64,000 nucleotides of DNA from Auanema rhodensis (Eukaryota; Animalia; Nematoda). The position numbers and the translations under genes were made by a program. The notes below the pieces were generated by a model, which was not told where the DNA came from, made no database searches, and saw only the letters and a program-made list of their open reading frames with translations. Positions 59,060 through 64,000 of the stretch are shown here, one piece after another (the first letter of the stretch is position 1; the number at the start of each line of letters is the position of its first letter). The DNA lies in the NCBI GenBank assembly GCA_964057225.1, contig OZ059896.1, positions 18,352,001 to 18,416,000 of the forward strand, written 5' to 3'.

Positions 59060-59653
59060 ATGAAGCGTTCCGCTCTTGTTGATGTAGAGAATATTGTACC
59101 TTCGACACCGGAACCGGATGTTCCACGACCACCCACACCAGGACCCAACTTTGCTGCCACATTCTTTGGTAAGGTTTTATTTTTCTTATCAATTATTTTT
59201 TGTTTAGACACACCAAAAAAGCAGGTACAAATCTCAAAGGATAGCTCTCCACAACAGCCTGTAGTTATGAGACCAATATGTCTCTGCAAAACTTGTAGGG
59301 ATACATTGCAAGTCGTAGACGAGTACCACTGTTTCAGCCTCTGTGTCAAGTGTAGAGCGAGGAATGATGCCTTAGGGCTTTTAAAAGTTTTCCGTCATTA
59401 TAAACCTGAAAATTCAACAATCAATGTAAGATTATAAAATTATTAATTCTAATTATTATTTTTTCTCTTACAGATGCGTTCCTGTTCTAGCATTTCATCA
59501 AAACAATTGTTGAATAATATGGGTTACATTGCCATTTATACTGATGAGTCAACTGTCAAGTCTTTTGGTTATAAGCAGAATGTGTTCTACTTTAAATTAA
59601 GTCAACAGGCGCTCAACTTGAATATGCTTATCCGTTTTGATCCATCGTTTTGA
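59060..59653 (+). CDS. Maverick-B' D-box/Cys-cluster protein, intact; exons 59060-59168, 59208-59425, 59474-59653
   Basis: MKRSALVDVEN...CLCKTC...HCFSLCVKC...IRFDPSF*; GT-AG introns at the same positions as family A. Confidence 0.8.
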
Positions 59654-59950
59654 CTACAACAAGCACAAACTGTTTAATGGATAGTTGGTTGATTTTGTTA
59701 TGTTATATTTAAATTTTCTTAGCCGTAACATTTTTTTTCCACCTTTCGAAGTTTGAAATTATCCATTTAACAGCCGACTCTCTAACCAACTGGTAAGCAT
59801 TGAAAATTTAAATATTAATCAGTTTATAATTATAGGTTATATCATTGTCTTGGCTTTTATGTTTTGCTGGTTTTTTATTGTTACAATATGAACGATTGAT
59901 CAAATAAATCATTTATTATTAATACAATTGTTTACAACAACAGTGAAAAA

Positions 59951-61018
59951 TTATACATTTAAATTTTCTGCATCTATCCATTCATTAAAGTTGTCGGGAT
60001 AGCCACTCCATTTTACAAATACTTGGCGTTTACCATTTCGTGTACGCTCTTTCAAAACTTTCTCAATATAGTACTGGTTGCTTTTATTAGTAGCCAACAC
60101 AAGTTCAGGCTCATAGAATATTCCCTTTATACGTTCACCATTATAATCTACAAGTTTATACACGGTTGGGTTCCCGGCTACAATCTCATCAATTGTGAAT
60201 AGTTCCATTGTATATCCAGACTCGTAACTTTTTTCAAAAGTACGCCTGTTCTTGCTTATGCGAACATTATCACCAATTTTGAATCGGTTGCGAACAGCTG
60301 GTGCATATTCTTCAACGAATATATTTGCTGTAACATCTACGGGGCGCATTTTAATCGACCGATTATAAGATTTGTTTATTCCTTCGACCAAATTATCTAG
60401 TATATCAATCCATCGATGATTATTCTTGTAATAGAGATATTTCATCATGCGCGTTTTTAAGGTTCTATTTGCTCGCTCCACCATTGCCGCCTTTTGTGGT
60501 GAACTTGTTGATCCATGCAGTATGGCAAATTTTTTGAATAGTTTTTCACAATGAGCATTATAAAACGCTGCACCGTTATCCGTTATTAGTTGGATTGGTA
60601 TAAAATCCTTGAATACATTTTCAAATGCAGTAGCAACCTCTAAACCACCTTTAGTTTTTAAAGGCCTAACATATAACATGCGTGTATAAACATCAATCAT
60701 GGTCAACATGTAAGCATAGCCGTCATTTGATTTTTTATATTTTTGCATATCAACCAAATCTGCTTGCATTGTTAGGAATCGACCACAGCCTCCAGTCTTT
60801 TTAGTCTGCATATGCAGTCTGGTTGGTTTATGACGTGTAAAAGTTTTAGAGTCTTGCAAAAAACTTTCAACTTGTGCTTTTGCGATGCCATGCTTTCGCG
60901 CTTCCAATACTAGATTTTTGGCAGACGTATAAGAAGCTGGATGCTTAATATTATAATAAATGTTCTCCAAAACATTACTTCCATAATCTAATGTAGAATC
61001 GTTTACGGCCTTTGCCAT
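59951..61018 (-). CDS. Maverick-B' rve integrase with chromodomain
   Basis: Near-identical to 53932-54999. Confidence 0.93.
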   Translation of the reverse strand: MAKAVNDSTLDYGSNVLENIYYNIKHPASYTSAKNLVLEARKHGIAKAQVESFLQDSKTFTRHKPTRLHMQTKKTGGCGRFLTMQADLVDMQKYKKSNDGYAYMLTMIDVYTRMLYVRPLKTKGGLEVATAFENVFKDFIPIQLITDNGAAFYNAHCEKLFKKFAILHGSTSSPQKAAMVERANRTLKTRMMKYLYYKNNHRWIDILDNLVEGINKSYNRSIKMRPVDVTANIFVEEYAPAVRNRFKIGDNVRISKNRRTFEKSYESGYTMELFTIDEIVAGNPTVYKLVDYNGERIKGIFYEPELVLATNKSNQYYIEKVLKERTRNGKRQVFVKWSGYPDNFNEWIDAENLNV

Positions 61019-61266
61019 TCTGTGTTTCTCCCGCCTGAGGTGTGTAATATGATTCACCAGTGTCAGCGGGTTTTGCCTTTTTATTTATAGCTTTGGATTT
61101 GAATGTACGACGCGGAGAGGGTGAATATCGAATAACAGCCTTACGGTGACGTGGTGTTCTAGGTAATATATTAATAGTAGCATCCAAGTCTGTGACAGCC
61201 GATGTGGATGTAGGCACGGGATCAACTGAATCCTTGTTACTGACGGCAGGCTCTAAATTTTTTGCC

Positions 61267-62008
61267 CTTTTGCTCTTTTATTATATCCGGAACAGGTGGT
61301 CCTTGAATAACTATTAAACGCTCATCATTTAATGGAACACCTGACGATGCTCCACATTGACTGAACCAGAATATTCTATCAATGGGGACGTTGAAAAACT
61401 TTTCAGTATTTTCACATATACGTTTTATAAGGGTAGTTTTACCACATTGCGTTGCCCCTATTACAGTTGTCTGACTGGGTAGTTTGAAGCTGAAAACCAT
61501 AATCAACCACTCGTAAATGTACCTATAATGCAAATGATTTCATTTATACTAGTGTGCACGCATCAGGTGGTGGTCTCTTGATGGATGATTTTTACATTAC
61601 TTTGCCGTCATCAGTTGACTCTGAAAAAAGTAATACCTCATCAGTGTTTCTTACCAGGTTACCTGAAACATTAAGGCTACGCAATAACAGATATTGCATT
61701 TAGCTGACAGACATAATTTTTCCGTGTTCGATATTAAATGTACAAGAAAATCTTTCTTATACACTACGTTTTTCCAACAGAAAGTTTATTCTGCACTTAC
61801 CCAAAGGTAACTATGCAAATGGTGATGAAATAATACGCAGAATCAATTCTGGAAAAGATCAATTTATTGCTAGCAGCACTAAACCTCTTGGAGCTGAGGA
61901 AGAAGCACGTATAAAGGGTTTGATAGATAAAGATGAAGATGTGAAAAAGTGGTATAATAATCGACAGGCTGAGGCTAAACTTGTCAAGGAAATGCTGGCA
62001 GACGCCAC
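61267..62008. pseudogene. Maverick-B' truncated ATPase (minus strand) and penton (plus strand, stop at ~61701, cut by LTR)
   Basis: Homology to 51767-52507; TAG replaces a Gly codon in the penton. Confidence 0.8.
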
Positions 62009-64000
62009 TGTAATATCCTTGATTTGGATATTAATGTTCCATGTTATTGACCCTTAGATTGATGTGTTGTAAAAGAAAACAATAAGATTTGAGGAAGAGA
62101 GAAAGATTTATTATAAATAAAAAACATTTAAACAATAAACAAATAAAGATAAAGATAAGTCCGCCAACTGAAGATTCAGTTGAATGGCAAGCTTATATAG
62201 CGAATGTTATCAGCATTTTCCACGAAAGGTTATAAGTTGTCAATGACAATTATAACTATCTCAGAAAATGCTGAGGCTGCAAAATATAACTGATAACATA
62301 ATACACTAAGACAAGAAACTAGAATTATAAAATATAAAATATAAAACACAGAATAAAGAAATACATAAAAATTATAGAAAGAATAAAGTAAAGAATTATA
62401 AAGTATAACATGCTACCGCTCTTGAAGTCCTGTGTCCTCACAGGTATGCATAAGGTTTCCAAAATTTTCATAATGTTGCAGCAAGCTTTTTGATGAGATC
62501 CTTATGTACTTTTCTCATCTTTCCTTGACTCATTTCCAATTCCACATATGAGTTGTATACGCCTGTAATTTTGAACGGTTCATTATAAGTGGGTCGCAAT
62601 TTGCCGTGAACCGTCATATCCTTCAATAGTACCATTTCACCTATTTCAAATATACGTGATGCTATTCGGTTACTATTATTCAGCCGATTTTGTTGTTCAA
62701 TTGATTTTAATTGAATTTTTTCTTGAATAGAATCCCAGGTATTTTTCCGGTTTTCATTTCTTTCCAATAATTCGTCATCTTCAGGAGAATTTAGATGAGG
62801 TTGTCCTGGTAATTGACGGTCCATAGGTAGTCGTGCGTCTCTTCCAAATAGAGCAATGTATGGGCTGATTCCGGTAGTTGTACTTGGGATTGTATTTAAT
62901 GCGAATGTGATTTTAGGTAATTGTGAGGCCCATTGAGAGACACGGTTTTCAGCACAAGTGGATAAACATTCCTGGATGGTTCGATGTAGTCGTTCCACTT
63001 GACCGTTTGTATTTTTGTGATATGGCAGAGAGAAGGTTTGTACAATTCCAAATTCGTTGCACATTAACTTGAATTCTTTAGATATAAAATTTCCTCCATT
63101 GTCAGACACGATGCTCACTGGTGGTCCAAAAATGAAGACGAAATTCGTCAGGAACTTTCGGACTGTTTCTTCGGCATTCTGTGTGCGTAAAGGTATGCTC
63201 GTTATCCATTTCGAAAAAGCATCTTGAATAGAAAGAATATATTTAAATCCATTAGTGCTAGGGGAAAAAGGTCCTGTCACATCCATATGAATCCTATCAA
63301 ATGGTTTTTGTGGGGTAACAAACTTTCCATATGGTTCTCTCGTTGTATCATGTTGATTTATTTTCCTTTTTGCGCATGTCAGGCATTGGCTGACGATCTC
63401 TTTCGCATCTTCCATCATATTTGTCCAATGGAATCTTCTTGATAATGCTGCATGTGTTCTTTTGATTCCTTGATGCGCTCCAATTCTTGCGTCTTCATGA
63501 AAAAGTTTCGCAAGTACTTGATTCAATGTCTTTTGTTTTGGAATCATAATCCTTGGAGTAAGATATTGTTTGTTAGGTCGAGCATGCAAAACTCCGTCGA
63601 TAACAATATATCTATCGCTATTAATCTGTTTAGGTTGTTCCGTTAACATATCAGCAATAGTTTCCTTAATCCATGGTGTTCCTTGTTGTAACTGAATTAG
63701 TTTGTCGGTATCCAGAGTTTCCACATTGGTTACATTTATGAGATAGTTGATGGTTTCTTGGATATCCGTTAAACTTGTTGTTGGCGTTGTCTTCTGTAGC
63801 TTCGGTTTAGGACCATCGTTAGCTTCGTTGCCTATGTATCTGGATAGTGCATCACATACACTATTCATACGTCCTGGACAGTACATAATCACAATATCAT
63901 ATTCCTGGATCATTAACTGATATTTCGCTAGTCTTCCAATAAGATCTCTTCTACTCATTAGACTGGTTAGTGGTCGATGATCCGTTATTAGCTTAGTTGA
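62009..64000 (-). mobile_element. Gypsy LTR element copy 2, 3' end (LTR 62009-62410; element runs off the window)
   Basis: LTR near-identical to copy 1; inserted in the Maverick-B' penton gene after GACGCCAC. Confidence 0.95.
62468..64000 (-). CDS. Gypsy Pol: RNase H C-terminus and complete integrase (5' part outside window)
   Basis: ITDHRPL..RLAKYQLMIQEY..PGRMNSVCDALSR; HHCC zinc domain FHEDARIGAHQG..CLTC; IHMDVTGP / SDNGGNF / QVERLH; RNase H before integrase = Ty3/Gypsy order. Confidence 0.95.
   Translation of the reverse strand, partial: STKLITDHRPLTSLMSRRDLIGRLAKYQLMIQEYDIVIMYCPGRMNSVCDALSRYIGNEANDGPKPKLQKTTPTTSLTDIQETINYLINVTNVETLDTDKLIQLQQGTPWIKETIADMLTEQPKQINSDRYIVIDGVLHARPNKQYLTPRIMIPKQKTLNQVLAKLFHEDARIGAHQGIKRTHAALSRRFHWTNMMEDAKEIVSQCLTCAKRKINQHDTTREPYGKFVTPQKPFDRIHMDVTGPFSPSTNGFKYILSIQDAFSKWITSIPLRTQNAEETVRKFLTNFVFIFGPPVSIVSDNGGNFISKEFKLMCNEFGIVQTFSLPYHKNTNGQVERLHRTIQECLSTCAENRVSQWASQLPKITFALNTIPSTTTGISPYIALFGRDARLPMDRQLPGQPHLNSPEDDELLERNENRKNTWDSIQEKIQLKSIEQQNRLNNSNRIASRIFEIGEMVLLKDMTVHGKLRPTYNEPFKITGVYNSYVELEMSQGKMRKVHKDLIKKLAATL

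Larger units (their letters stand above)
57480..62008 (-). mobile_element. Partial Maverick-B' in inverted orientation, lacking the outer 68 bp of the TIR, with a ~1.2-kb internal deletion, interrupted by LTR copy 2
   Basis: Mirror of ~51767-57411 with scattered SNPs and indels; deletion junction near 61266 joins the PM-like ORF to the ATPase. Confidence 0.9.

Overview
AT-rich eukaryotic DNA, very likely from a rhabditid nematode (short ~45-55 nt introns, TTTCAG/TTTTAG acceptors, nematode-type orthologues). Positions 1-14.6 kb hold five ordinary spliced host genes: the 3' end of mrps-25, an ABHD14 hydrolase, synapsin, SPARC/ost-1, and an MKS1-like B9 ciliary gene with an X-box. At 13641-17212 a near-perfect 1753-bp fold-back inversion of the mks-1 3' half is joined through a 5-bp microhomology to a ~47-kb nest of mobile elements that fills the rest of the window. 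The nest resolves into five layers: a Maverick PolB remnant > a truncated Maverick-A' > a full-length Maverick-B (19332-57479) > a Ty3/Gypsy LTR element (23936-44179, TSD TGGC, tRNA-Gln PBS) > an apparently intact Maverick-A (25505-41096). A deleted Tc1, a solo-LTR-like insert, an inverted partial Maverick-B' and a second copy of the LTR element are also present. Most unusual points: (1) the Gypsy element has a gag-env-pol layout, with a class-III-like glycoprotein fused in frame behind Gag via an internal signal peptide; (2) the Mavericks encode a spliced D-box/Cys-cluster protein, a 56-aa tail-anchored membrane microprotein, a 13-intron pPolB with a SIM-like N-terminus, and an adenain with Cys at the catalytic-acid position; (3) two fold-back junctions have nearly identical loop lengths (66 and 68 nt). 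All family calls are from motif recognition by eye; no database searches were run.
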